A DNA stretch of 64,000 nt from Eledone cirrhosa (taxonomy: Eukaryota): contig OZ024760.1 of assembly GCA_964016885.1 (NCBI GenBank), positions 28,334,001-28,398,000 on the forward strand, written 5' to 3'. Positions 49,315-62,925 of the stretch are shown here, one piece after another. Position 1 is the stretch's first letter; each line of letters begins with the position of its first letter. A model generated the notes under the pieces. It did not search any database. It was given only the letters and a program-made list of their open reading frames with translations, and was not told the origin of the DNA. The position numbers and the translations under genes were made by a program.

Positions 49315-52300
49315 ATGAGTTTGCTGAGAAAATTATTTTTACTGAAAAATTTTAAGTTACAAGTTTTGATTTTAAACATCATTATCGGACTGGTAATGTT
49401 CACCGTATACAGAAAATGGAACTGTATACAGGGAACCATATACAGAGGACAGAACTCTATGCCAAGGATGAATTCAGAAAAAATGAAAAACTTTTTCTCA
49501 AGACTTTCGAATCACAAAGTCAATTCATTTAACTGCGCCAATGCATTTGATATTGATTTTGAAATGCCTGATAAATTAAAGAAACAAGCAATGAAGTCTC
49601 CATATCCCGCATTAGACTTGTTGAAAATGTCCACAAACTGTTCGCAATTTAAAGCCAAAAGAGGATATATCTTGGATAGCCTGACTATAGAAGAAGAATC
49701 TTTTCCAATCGCTTATGGAATATTTTGTCACACCGAAAATGGTCAGGTGGAACAACTTTTAAAAGCAATATACCGTCCACAGAATATATATGTGATCCAT
49801 TTAGATGCAAAGGCTAGTGTCGAAAACTACCTGGTTTTAAAGTCAATTGCTAAATGTTTCCCTAATGTGTTTCTAAGCAGCAAACGAGTTGCTGTGGAAT
49901 GGGCCACATACAGTCTTGTTGAAGCCGATATGATAGTGATGAAGGACTTACTGCGCTTTAGATCATGGCGTTATTACATCAATCTTTGTGGAATGGACTT
50001 CCCGTTAAAGACTAATCTTCATATAGTGAGAACTCTTAGAAGATTTAAGGAGGGAAATGCCGTTCAAGTTGTTTCCAGGTAAGAAATAAACTGTTTTATT
50101 AACTTTTCAAATAAACTTGAGATTTTTGTCAGTAAAAAATTAATGATTTCAGCATTTAAACTGGCCGTATCCGGCCAGAATTCTCTCACCCCTTTCTATT
50201 CAAACCGGCTGTAACCAGCTGCTGATACTGATGTTAAGGTATTGTTCGCAAAATAAATAATATTAAAATGTCATAGATTCGATATTATGTGAGTTAAAGC
50301 CTTTACTGTGAAAATACAATAGTATATATAGTGTAATCTAAATGTTATGTGAGATATTATGTGAGGTAAGCCTTTACTGTAAAAATACAATAGTATATAT
50401 AGAGTAATGTAAATGTTTTGTGAGATATTATGTGAGGTAAAGCCTTTACTGTAAAAATACAATAGTATATATAGAGTAATGTAAATGCTATGTGAGATAT
50501 TATGTGAGGTAAAGCCTTTACTGTGAAAGTATAATAGTATATATAGAGTAATGTAAATGGTATGTGAGATATTATGTGAGCTAAAGCCTTTACTGTGAAA
50601 ATACAATAGTATATATAGAGTAATGTAAATGTTATGTGAGATATTATGTGAGGTAAAGCCTTTACTGTAAAAATACAATAGTATATATAGAGTAATGTAA
50701 ATGTTATGTGAGATATTATGTGAGGTAAAGCCTTTACTGTAAAAATACAATAGTATATATAGAGTAATGTGAATGCTAAAGGGTTAAAAAAACTCCTTAC
50801 TTAATTTTATTCCTTCCAATTTGTGAGATGTGAACATACACAATACACACACATTTGAAGACACACACAACATTTACATCACTCTATATATACTATTGTA
50901 TTTTCACAGTAAAGGCTTTACCTCACAGAATACCTCACATAACATTTACATTACTCTATATATACTATTGTATTTTCACAGTAAAGGCTTTACCTCACAG
51001 AATACCTCACATAACATTTACATTACTCTATATATACTATTGTATTTTCACAGTAAAGGCTTTACCTCACAGAATACCTCACATAACATTTACATTACTC
51101 TATATATACTATTGTATTTTCACAGTAAAGGCTTTACCTCACATAATATCTCACATAACATTTACATCACTCTATATATACTATTGTATTTTCACAGTAA
51201 AGGCTTTACCTCACATAATACCTCACATAACATTTACATTACTCTATATATACTATTGTATTTTCACAGTAAAGGCTTTACCTCACAGAATACCTCACAT
51301 AACATTTACATTACTCTATATATACTATTGTATTTTCACAGTAAAGGCTTTACCTCACAGAATACCTCACATAACATTTACATCACTCTATATATACTAT
51401 TGTATTTTCACAGTAAAGGCTTTACCTCACAGAATACCTCACATAACATTTACATTACTCTATATATACTATTGTGTTACAAAAAAAAAACCGGTAAAAT
51501 ATCCTCCAGATACACCAGATTCTTCCTTTTTCCGTTCATACATAGTATATGAAGATTTCTATGTGTTTCTACCCGTGAACAACCTACATATAACTGTCCA
51601 TGTGTAAAAACCAAATCTCCTGTATTCAATTCTACAATTTTGATTTTTTTACCAATCCAAAGTCATCATACTATCGCCAGTTCAAAAACGTAATTACCAA
51701 CTATAATATTTCTCCCACTTAAATAATACCTTCTGTGTTGAGGTGTTTTTCGCTCTCATATGTAAATGTGGTTGGTGTTAGGAAGGGCATCAATTGTTTC
51801 GTTGATCAGGTGAGTCTAGAGGTCGCTAATCGCTTGAAGGTGCAACACATCAGAGTACGTAGATATCTACAAATTCTGACGTGTTGACCAGAGGTAAATA
51901 ATGTATTGGAGATCGATTGACGCAACTTCAAGCGATCAGCGACCTCTAGACTCACCCGATCAACGAAACAATTGTCAGTACTTGAAATAAAGCCCCTTGT
52001 TGTACAGCCAACCATGTTACTCTTCATTCTTTCACTATTATTTCTCCAAGTATAACCTGCATAGGAATTACCGTGAACTCGCTGCCTAACTATGGAAACA
52101 TCTTGTTGAGTCAAACAAAGCCATACGTTAAAACTATCCACGACGCAGAGTACTCACAACCTCTAACTGGATTACCTATAACGATAACTTGTTATCCCAT
52201 ATATATATATATAATCACTTTTACCATATATGGAATATTACCCCCTGAGAAGCTCGGCTATTCATTTACCAGGATAAAAATGTTCATTTAGTCCAGAATT

Positions 52301-53975
52301 AGCCGTCGAAACGGCTTGAGCTCAGCCGTCAGGGTCCTACTCGTTCCTATATATATATATATATATCATCATTTCATTTTACGACTGCTTTTCCCTGCTT
52401 GCAAGGGTGGGACGGGAACTGATTCTGGCTTGATTTCTACAGCTGGATGGCCTTCCTAACACCAACCTCATTTACAGTGAGTGCTGGGTGCTTTTTTGCC
52501 ATGGCACCTCCATGACCACTTTGCAGTGAAATGATAGGGACCCCAGTCCCTATCATCTCATTTCTACAGCTGAGTAAACTGGAGCAATGTGAAATAAAGT
52601 GTCTTGCTCAAGGAAACAACACATCACCCGGTCTGAGAATTGAACTCACAATCTTTCGATTGCAAGGCCAATGGTCTAACCACTAAGCCATGTGCTTCCG
52701 TATATATATATATATCATCATCATCATCATCATCATAATTTTACATCCGCTTTTCCCTGCTTGCAAGTGTTGGACGGGTCCTATTCAGCACAGCATCTCT
52801 CCACTTGTCACGGTCCTTCGTCATCTCCTCGGTGAGATTCAGCGATCTGAGGTCTGCTCTCACCCCCTTCGCCCATGTTTTACATGGTCTACCTCTTCTG
52901 TGTCTTGCTTCTACTGGGATTTCCTGGCACTTCTTCACCCATCGGTCATCCTCCATGTGCATCACATGTCCATACCATCTCAGCCTTCTCTCCTGCACAC
53001 TACAACTTATCCCTCTTATACCCAGTTTCTTTCTCAACTCGTCCATGCTTGGTCTTTAACGCACATTGACATTGCACATCCAACGGAGCATACTTGCTTT
53101 ATTTCTCTCCAGCCATCGCATATCCTCTGCAGTTGCTGCCCATGTCTCACTACCATGCAGCATCGCGCGTCTCACACAGGCATCATATAACTGTCCTTTC
53201 ATATGCAGGGAGAAACCTTTCTTTGTCAACAGAGGAAGCAGCTCCCTAAACTTCTTCCAACTCGTCCTTATTCTAGATACTATGGCCTCGGAACACCCCC
53301 CTCTCATGCTAATCTGATCACCTAGGTACCGGAAGCTCTCAACCACTTCTATAGAACCCACCTGCATTGGAAAAATGTGTCTATATATATATATACATGT
53401 ATTTATATTATATACACTACATGTATATAATTCTCTCCACGCTTTCTCTCTCTCTCTACAATTTAAGTATATTTTTCCACCCCAGGGGCTGGAGCAAAAG
53501 ATGGAAGAAGAAGGAGATGATGGAACCGATCCCGCACAATATCAAACCAGTTAAGGGGTCACATTATGTTGTGGTAACTAGGGACTTTGTCAACTTCACA
53601 GTCAATAACCAGATTGCTAAAGATTTCCGAAAATGGCTGAACAACACCTCGATTCCAGACGAGACTTTCTACTCCTCGCTCTTCTATAACGGTCACATAG
53701 GTACACCTCACCATTATAACAGTAAGTTCAATTTCCAATATTTCATAGAAAGTATCATTAATTGGGAAAGATCAATGAGAGCATTGTTATATTTCCGAGT
53801 AAAGAGTGGGTATTGGAAAATCGGTAAATTTCTTTTTCTAGTTGGTCCCCATTGAGATTTTTAAAAAACCAGAATTAGTCATTTAGTTTACATATTGAGA
53901 CCCAACGCATCCTATTTATTTTATAACAAGGAATTTTTAGTAATGTACTTTTTTTTTGTCATGTATAATGTTTTT

Positions 53976-54006
<31 letters not shown>

Positions 54007-54974
54007 GTTTAACGTCTATCTTCCACGCTAGCATGGGTTAGATGGGAATTGTCCCATTTGAGGCAAGATTGGTCGGGTGACCATATCTCACTTGTATAGG
54101 ACTGTCTGGCAGGTTTTCTACGGTTGGATGCCCTTCCAACTACATTTATATATATATATATATATATATATATCATCATCATCATCATAATCGTTTAACA
54201 TCTATCTTCCAAGCTAGCATGGGTTTAGACGGGAATTGTCCCACTTGAGGCAAGATTGGTCGTCTCGCTCATATAGGACTGTCTGGCAGGTTTTCTATGG
54301 CTGGATGCCCTTCCTAACACCAACCACGTTTACAGTGTGGACTGGGAACTTTTTACTGTGTTACCTACACGGCCACATTACAGCGTGGACTGAGTGTTTT
54401 TTTGTCGTGACACCTACACAACTTCTCTAGTTTGAACTTGATGTTGTGGTACCAACATAACTTTACAGAGAAAGGGTGGTGTTGGCGGGAGTGGAAGGAT
54501 GGAGTAGGGGTAGTGGGTTGGGGTGTATGTTTGGTTAAAAGATGCCTACTTATAATGTATAAAGAAAATTTTTAAAATTTGCTGGAGATAGACTAGCAAA
54601 ATTTAATAAGTATATATGTAAGTCTGTGTACTCTGGAGTATTGGTATAATAATGAAGAAGTCAACTAATTAGAATTTACCTCATTTATTTGTTACACAAT
54701 TGCTGTTATACATATTTCGATGGTAACTGTTAGAGTTGCTGAAGCATGGAACAAACTACCTGCATCAGTTGTTAGCTGTCATGACACTGCATCCTTTAAA
54801 ACCTCCATGCTACCTGAAATTCTCCAACACTACACCTGATATTCCCCCTCTATACACACGCATGCATGTATCTGTGTGTATATCATAACTTTCCTGACAT
54901 TTATACATTATCCTATATACTATACATGCACCTTTGATGAGTTGTAGTGCACCTGAGCACTGTACACAATAATT

Positions 54975-55021
<47 letters not shown>

Positions 55022-55315
55022 TATTGGTTTATTTCAGGTTCATTATCTCGTCTTCATGATATAGTGAAATATGTTGTCTGGAGTAAAAAGGAAAGTAAAT
55101 TATGTTCAGGATATCTTAGACACAACGTTTGTGTATTTGGACTTGAAGATCTAAAACGATTAACCTACAAAAAGCATCTCTTTGCAAACAAATTTCAAAA
55201 TGACCTAACGCTTGCTTGCTTGGAAGAATGGTTTTTCAATAAAACCCGTGATGAATACATACAGCTGAGGAATCGATCCTTTTCAAAGAAAACTGGTCAA
55301 GTTCCTACTATATAA
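49315..55315 (+). CDS. Core-2/I-branching beta-1,6-N-acetylglucosaminyltransferase (GT14, GCNT-like); exons 49315-50078, 53486-53721, 55038-55315 (425 aa)
   Basis: Type II TM anchor; EEESFPIAY, LLKAIYRPQNIYVIHLDAKA, V.WATYSLVEAD, WRYYINLCGMDFPLKTN, KGSHY..TRDFV, IPDETFYSSL, C.G...HNVCVFG..DL, HLFANKF. GT-AG introns with matching phases (2 and 1). Confidence 0.93.
50283..51475. repeat. Two opposed arrays of a 72-bp MITE-derived unit (50283-50770 minus, 50868-51475 plus)
   Basis: Unit ataacatttacattactctatatatactattgtattttcacagtaaaggctttacctcacataatatctcac. Confidence 0.92.
51791..51981. ncRNA. Inverted pair of variant hammerhead motifs (core CTGAYGT)
   Basis: Plus: CTGACGT-gttga..tcaac-GAAAC-aatt-GTC|agtac (51876-51981). 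Minus: gtact-CTGATGT-gttg..caac-GAAAC-aattg (51858-51791, truncated by a LINE-tail fragment). Confidence 0.6.
52240..52335 (+). ncRNA. Degenerate type I hammerhead motif
   Basis: cccc-CTGAGAA-gctcggctattc..gaattagccgtc-GAAAC-ggcttgagctcagcc-GTC|aggg. Its 3' half recurs as an inverted pair at 6868-6945 (GTC|gggg). Confidence 0.55.
52366..52699 (-). mobile_element. Same CORE-type SINE, third full copy (partial copy also at ~40330-40466 +)
   Basis: Near-identical to 17339-17754. Confidence 0.82.
52715..53366 (-). mobile_element. 5'-truncated RTE family 2 copy
   Basis: [31 protein letters not shown]; homologous to 34923-35570. Confidence 0.88.
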
Positions 55316-55591
55316 AGCATTTTACCAAACTGCCTGAAATTACTCCTGCTTCTTTTGAAGTGTTTATATTTATCCAAACAAATTTCACACTATCATAATA
55401 ACTTTATGTAAGAAATATTGTTAAGTTATGTTTCAAACACCAGTTTAAAATTTTGATTCCAAATTTTGATTCCAAACTGCCTGAAATCATTCTAGGTTCA
55501 ATGAAACAAAATTGTTTTAAATTATTTATGTTTATATAAAAATCTTCCATGATAAGTTTATGTAAAAAAAAAACCTATATTAAGCCTTTAG

Positions 55592-58500
55592 TATTTACAT
55601 TATTCTATATATACTATTGTATTTTCACAGTAAAGGCTTTACCTCACATAATATCTCACATAACATTTACATTACTCTATATATACTATTGTATTTTCAC
55701 AGTAAATGCTTTACCTCACATAATATCTCACATAACATTTACATTACTCTATATATACTATTGTACTTTCACAGTAAACGCTTTACCTCACATATCTCAC
55801 ATAACATTTACATTACTCTATATATACTATTGTATTTTCACAGTAAAGGCTTTACCTTACATAATATCTCACATAACATTTACATTACTCTATATATACT
55901 ATTGTATCTTCACAGTAAAGGCTTTACCTCACATAATATCTCACATAACATTTACATTACTCTATATATACTATTGTATTTTCACAGTAAAGGCTTTACC
56001 TCACATAATATCTCACATAACATCTCGTATACGAGAGACGTGTGTTGACGTGTGTGAACAAGCTCGGCTACCGAGTTGGATTTACTTACTCAAAAATGAG
56101 TTTTGATTTATTGTTTTTGTACTGTAATATACGTTAACCCCTTGCCTGGGTCGTCAGACTTTGAGTTTATTTATTTTCACCCCCTTTTGGGGCGAATTTT
56201 ACATTTAAAAATTTATTACGGCAAACTGATAGAAATGGACGGAATTTTCACATCTCATCCTAACGAGAAAGCCACGCCCCCTAAGAAAGGTGATACAGAG
56301 AAGCTAGAAGCACAATGCTCTAAGTCTTCCCTCCTCACTTCTGCAAAAGAAACATGGAACACGGAATTAAAAGAAAAATTTGCAAAAATGGGTGAAAACC
56401 CAGAAAGTCACATAAACACAGACGAAAACAACAATGACAATAACAGCACGACCAACAACAGCAATAGTCACAACACCAACCAAGAAAAAAATGAAAAAAA
56501 TAACGATAACACCAAACAAAGCGAACCCACTACTGGTGCCTCCTTTGCACAGGCGGTCCGAAAAACACAGACCTGCAAGCAACTGGACATTACAACTCTG
56601 AGAGAAAAGATGAAGGAAGCAAAACAGTATGTAACTTTCAAAGAAGGAGGAGACTTCACAATCACCTCCCCACAAGAAATCAAAAGAGACATGACACTAA
56701 GAACGATATCTTTCAGAACAATTTCCAACATAACAAGGAAACCAGCTCAATTATCCCAAAAAGAAATTGAGCTGGTCCTAAAAAATGTGTGGAATGATAT
56801 ATCGTTCATACAAAAAGGGCCACTCTATGGGAATATAACGGTGCTAATGAAGGATCAATTGACGGCCAGGAAATACTCTGTGTCGCCAATTGTTTCCAAG
56901 CTACACACATTTTCCCCCACATATTTGGGGAAAAGAACGCAAAAAATAAGAGTCTCCGGAATCCGGCCAAATGCATGCATTTCCGGGGTACTAACAGGAT
57001 TTTTAGAAGACGAGGACGAAATCCTCTCAGTAGGAGAAGTCACCACAGACGTTTTCGGCGGTTTGAGCATGGAGGTTCTGGTCCAAATGAGACCAGAACG
57101 AATAGCAAGGATACCACAGAGGGTGTCCCTAGATGGAGAAACATTTGTATATATTTTAGCCGAGGGTAGGAGGCCCATATGTTACTACTGTTCAAGCAGG
57201 GGTCATCTAAGGGCTGCCAGTCCTCAATTGACAAAAAAAAGGCTCTTTTGCCTACACCCCACACACCACCACCGCCACCACCACCACCGCCACCACCACC
57301 ACCACCACCACTACCACCACTACAACAACAACAAAAACAACACGGAAAAATAACACAAGACACGGTCCCACCCAAAACAACTCCAAAAACACACACAAAC
57401 ACAACAAAACCCCCAAATACACCACTACCCGACAGCGCGGACGAGGGCCCAGCTGAAACAGCACCTAATGACGAAGAGGGGGAACCCTTCCAACCTGTAA
57501 AAAGAAAAAAAAGAAAACACCACACGAACATAAACGAAACAAACACACAACCACCAACAAAAACAAAACAAACAGAATAAACAAAATCCATCCCACCCCA
57601 AAATATAACACGTACAACAAAACGCAAGCACACACAAGAACAACAAACAAACACAACACAAATAAAACAGTATACATACATTAACACAAAAAACAAAGAA
57701 CTAGTAAAAACAATATACAAAGACCCTTCGGTGGAAACTGAAGGGCAATTCTTTGCAAGCGCGGCCAACAAACCGCATTTAAAAATGATAAGACTCCCAA
57801 TGGACACCTATGCAAAACTAAAAGAGAACTTTCCTGAGGACGTGGGGAAAACATGTACTCGACCCTATAACTGCGTCCTCCTGAAACGTTTCCCCACCCA
57901 CACCCAAGACACCCACACCTCACCAAACACCCCCACCCCACCACAGAACAACACCCCACCAAACAACCCCTCCAATACGCCCATGGATATTGTGCAGGAG
58001 CCGAACAGGTAGGTCCTTCTTCTTTTAACCAACATGGCTGATATAAGAGTTGGGTGTCTGAATGTACGCGGCCTGGGACTGTCTTGGAAACAAGGCAAAC
58101 TTTTAAATGATCTCAGGTCGCATAGAATGGATGTAATGGCTATTTGCGAGTCCAGGATCAGCAGCGAGCACCAACTGGCACCCCTTTTCGACGACTTTGA
58201 GATCTTTGCATCTCTCTGTCAACCGGGGGGTGGGGGTGGAGTTGTCGTTCTGCTGTGAAAACACCTGGGCCTCGCCATACAGAAGGTGCACCTGGACCCG
58301 GAGGGTCGACTGATGGTTTTAGACGTCGGCAGTGGGGAAAGTGGAGCCCTTAGACTAATTGCTGTGTACACCCCTTTTTGGGCAGCGCGGCCGGACTACT
58401 TCCAACGTTTGGAAACTTTTCTGGGAACGTCCCGCTCCTTGCTTTTAGTGGGGAACTGGAATGGTATCCTGGATGCACGTTGGGACTATGTAGGGGCATG

Positions 58501-61500
58501 TGCCAATAGAGGGGGGTGTAAAAGCCTCAAAAGGTTAATCGGCCGATTTGACCTGGCCGATAGATATCGACTAGATTTTCCGACTGTACCACTCGTGGAC
58601 CAATCGCAGCGGAACATCTAGGTCGTACCCAGATAGGGTCCTAGTTAGAGAGAAGGATAGGGACACATTTTGCTGTCCAAAAATGTTCATGGTTGACTAT
58701 TCGGATCACAAGTTAGTGACCTGCATAGTCAACCTTGATAGAACCCATAGACAGGGACCCGGTTACGGGAAGCTGAACTTGTCCTTACCGACAAGCAAAG
58801 CTTACAGTAAACGGATTAGCACGTTAGTTAAGCAGAGTTTGACAGGGGCAATTGTCAACAACAGGTGGTGGAGCTCTCTTAAGAGAGCAATTAGAATAGA
58901 ATCGATAGGTTTTAGTCAGGAATTAGCAAGGGATAGGAACAAGACGGAAAGGGAATTAGTAGATAGAGTAGAAGAGGCGATTAGGAGTGGCAATGTAGCC
59001 AGCATGCTGGCATCAAGAATGGCCTTAGACCAGTTCTTTGATGTGAAGCACGAGGGCTGCGTTGTCAGGAGTAAAATACGTGCTCTGGGTAATGAGGGAG
59101 CCAAAGCTGTTAGCTGGGCCTGAGTGACAGAGGCAAAAAGTGGGAACAAGTCCACGATTCGGTCTTTGAAGGACCAGGATGGGCGTGTGATCCTTGAACC
59201 TGGGCAGATGTGTGCGGCCTTTCAGCGGCACTTTGCACGACTGTTCGGGAGGGGCGGCGCACCGGGTGAGACTATGGATTTCAATCCATACCTCGACGGT
59301 CTGCCGCGCCTCTCGGACGCGGAGGCGAAGTCCTGCGAAAGGCCGATTTCAGCTGCTGAGATAGGGGCGGCGCTGAGCCAATGCGGCAAATGCAAATCCC
59401 CGGGTCTCGATGGTCTACCATACGAGCTATATGTAGCGATGCCGGACTTGTTCTCCGATATCCTCGAAGCGGTCTACTGCAACTGGCAGTAGAACGGGAG
59501 AATTCCCAGTTCTGTGGCCAAGGGCGTAGTTACGCTGGTGAGGAAGGACGAGAACAAGGGGGTTAAGTAAGTAACTTCAGGCCCATAACTCTGCTAAATG
59601 CAGAGTTAAAGATTTTGGCCAAGGTGTTAGCGAAGAGGTTGGCGCTTGTCGTCGGAAACCTGGTGGGAGAAGCGCAGACATGCGCAATCCCGTCCAGGTC
59701 CATTCACGACAATCTCCACCTTATGCGATACATCATAGAGAGGGTAGGGAATGAACCCGGCTTTGGTGGGGCCCTGATCAACTTGGATCAATCTAAAGCT
59801 TTCGATAGGGTTGACCATCATTACCTGGATGTGGTGCTCGCGGCGGCAGGCTTCGGACCCGTTTTCAGGGGTTGGATTGCTGTGATGCACAACAGCAACG
59901 TCTGCTCAAGGGTCAAGGTGAACGGCCACCTCTCGGAGCCGTTCCAAATCATGTGATCCATCCGACAGGAATGCCCTCTCTCCTCCCTTCTGTATCTGCT
60001 GGCTCTTGAGCCACTACTGCGGAAGTTGGAGTGGTTACAGGGCATCCCTTTGGAACCGGGATTGCAGAAGGCGGCATCGGCCTACGCCGATGACGTGACA
60101 GTAATGGTGTCGAAAACCTCGCAAATCGGTGAGATCGGCACCTTACTGGAGGAATATGAAAGGTTTACAGGAGCCAAGCTGAACCGGGACAAGTCCGTCG
60201 GTTTGCAACTCGGAACATGGAGAGGCAAACCGATGCCCTCCAACGACGTCGTCGGACGCTGGACGGAGGGCCCGGTGAAGCTGCTTGGGGTCTGGTTCGG
60301 ACCAGAGCTACAGGTGGAGAAAAACTGGAATGAGGTAATGGCCAGGGTGTTTGCACTCGCCCAGAAGTGGGCCCAGTGCAAACTATCCCTGAAAGGTCGA
60401 GCGGAGGTGGCGAACGCTTATATAGCATCCATCATCTACTACCGCTTGACCGTCGTGCCTTGCCCAGTGAAAAGACTCGCCAAAATGGAGTGCGCGCTGT
60501 TCCAATTTCTTTGGAACAAGCGGACCCCTTTGGTGAGGAGATCCATCTGCTGTCAACACCCTTCAAAAGGAGGGCTGGGGATGCCGTGGCTACAGATGCG
60601 TAAACACGCATTAAGGCTACGGCACCTCCAGGTATTCCTCACCGGTCAACCGGTGTGGGCCTCATTTGTGAGGCGAGCCTTTCCCAGACTCGTCTCGCTC
60701 ACCGAGCTGCAATCCTGGGTCAAGCAAAGACCGAGAAAAGTGGGTGACTGGCACATTGAATGTGCCCAGGCGCTCACGGCCCTCTGGAAAGCGGACCCGG
60801 CAATCAGTGGAGACTCCACCTCGACATTCTATAGAGGGTTGGTATGCAGCAGGTGCGACGATGCTCTCGGAGAAGCTCTAGGCATGGAGGAAGATGAACT
60901 GGCCAGTCTGTTCGGTAGGACGTTTGGCCCTGGACCGATGGACAACTTCCAAAAGTCCCTGGCTTGGCAGTGCTACTGAGCGGCTCTACCCGTTCGAGAC
61001 AAGCTCCACAGGCATGGGAGCCTGGGTAGGGATCCTTTGAATAAGATCTGTCCGAGATGCGTGCGTGACGACGAAACCGTTGCGCACGCATTCGTACACT
61101 GCCCAGGCATTGCTGACCTGTGGGGCTATGTGGAACGACTACTGTCGAGGGTGGGACTAATCCGGTTGACCACTGAGTCCATTGTCATGATCAAACCGCC
61201 TCCCCCTTTCAAAAACGAAGGAGAGGCGGTTTTTCTCTGTGTGATAGCCATGGCTAAAGAAGTTGTATGGTGGACGAGGCTGAAAGGGCTGAGGTCAGAC
61301 ACCTTTCTCCCCTTTTTCAAATACCATTTTAAAAGAAGGATCAGAATGGAGAGAGAGGTGCTCTACCCCAGCAAGTTTTATGAAAGGTGGGTGAAAGTAG
61401 GGAGAATGGCCAGAGTGAATGGGTTTTCTCTCTATATCAGCCTGTAGGTGAAAGAAGAGGAAAAAGAGGAGACGAGGGAAGCACCTACTCTTTGTGCTCC

Positions 61501-61771
61501 TGAGGAGAAGGGTTGCACATTTTTTCCAGGGTGTGCGCGACCCATGTTAATGCCCCCTCCCTATTGAGGACTTCGTTTGTTGTTGTTATTTCATTTTTAT
61601 ATTTTTGTACTCGTTAATTATATGTAAACTTCCCCCCTTGTATCTGTCCCTATCTTTTGTGCCCTGGTGTCAAATAAAGAAATTACTCTATATATACTAT
61701 TGTATTTTCACAGTAAAGGCTTTACCTCACATAATATCTCACATAACATTTACATTACTCTATATATACTA
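55592..61771 (+). repeat. 72-bp MITE-derived array (55592-56023 and 61682-61771) split by the Tx1-like element
   Basis: The same unit resumes in register after the retrotransposon. Confidence 0.88.
56024..61681 (+). mobile_element. Full-length degenerate L1/Tx1-clade non-LTR retrotransposon: ORF1 ~56235-58012 (gag-like zinc knuckle), ORF2 58034-61447 (APE-RT-zf)
   Basis: ORF1 CYYCSSRGHLRAAS (CCHC with last Cys lost). ORF2 VGCLNVRGL, YSDHKLV, KSPGLDGLPYE, DQSKAFDRV, AYADDV, C-terminal CPRC..ETVAHAFVHC. Ends in AATAAAGAA; several stops and frameshifts. Confidence 0.93.
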
Positions 61772-62063
61772 CTAGTAGTTGCACGGGATAAGGTATTTTG
61801 GAACGTGGACCGCAATAGACCTAAAAACTGGACAATATGTAAAGAAAATAAACCGAATACTCTGATGGCTGGATAATCTTTAAGATTTTTCTCAATGAAG
61901 CAGGAAAAATGCAGGTTTTCACCTAATGCGGGCCCTAGGGTATCAAGAAAATTAATTTTTTTAATGTGCATAATATGCCTTGAAATTTCTGGAAAATCGG
62001 CTAGACGTAACGCCTAAAAAAAGCCCTAAGAAGCTGAAAAAATGAAGTTTTTCACCTAATGAA

Positions 62064-62925
62064 ACCTCCATGGAACAAACTACCTGCATCAGTTGTTAGC
62101 TGTCGAGACACTGCATTTTTTAAAACCTCCATGGAACAAACTACCTGCATCAGTTGTTAGCTGTCGAGACACTGCATCCTTTAAAACCTCCATGGAACAA
62201 ACTACCTGCATCAGTTGTTAGCTGTCGAGACACTGCATCCTTTGAAACCTCCATGGAACAAACTACCTGAGTCAGTTGTTAGCTGTCGAGACACTGCATC
62301 CTTTAAAACCTCCATGGAACAAACTACCTGCATCAGTTGTTAGCTGTCGAGACACTGCATCCTTTAAAACCTCCATGGAACGAACTACCTGCATCAGTTG
62401 TTAGCTGTCGAGACACTGCATCCTTTAAAACCTCCATGGAACAAACTACCTGCATCAGTTGTTAGCCGTCGAGACACTGCATCCTTTAAAACCTCCATGG
62501 AACAAACTACCTGCATCAGTTGTTAGCCGTCGAGACACTGCATCCTTTGAAACCTCCATGGAACAAACTACCTGCATCAGTTGTTAGCCGTCGAGACACT
62601 GCATCCTTTAAAACCTCCATGGAACAAACTACCTGCATCAGTTGTTAGCTGTCGAGACACTGCATCCTTTAAAACCTCCATGGAACAAACTACCTGCATC
62701 AGTTGTTAGATGTCGAGACACTCTATCCTTTAAAACCTCCATGGAACAAACTACCTGCATCAGTTGTTAGCTGTCGAGACACTGCATCCTTTAAAACCTC
62801 CATGGAACAAACTACCTGCATCAGTTGTTAGATGTCGAGACACTCTATCCTTTAAAACCTCCATGGAACAAACTACCTGCATCAGTTGTTAGCTGTCGAG
62901 ACACTGCGTCCTTTAAAACCTCCAT
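62064..62925. repeat. 61-bp tandem repeat, ~14 copies, from a CR1/L2-like LINE 3' end
   Basis: Unit catggaacaaactacctgcatcagttgttagctgtcgagacactgcatcctttaaaacctc; single-copy form at 54745-54808. Confidence 0.93.

Noticed and set aside
61772-62063. Possible Helitron/MITE-like fragment
   Set aside because: No clear paired termini are visible, so the family cannot be assigned by eye.
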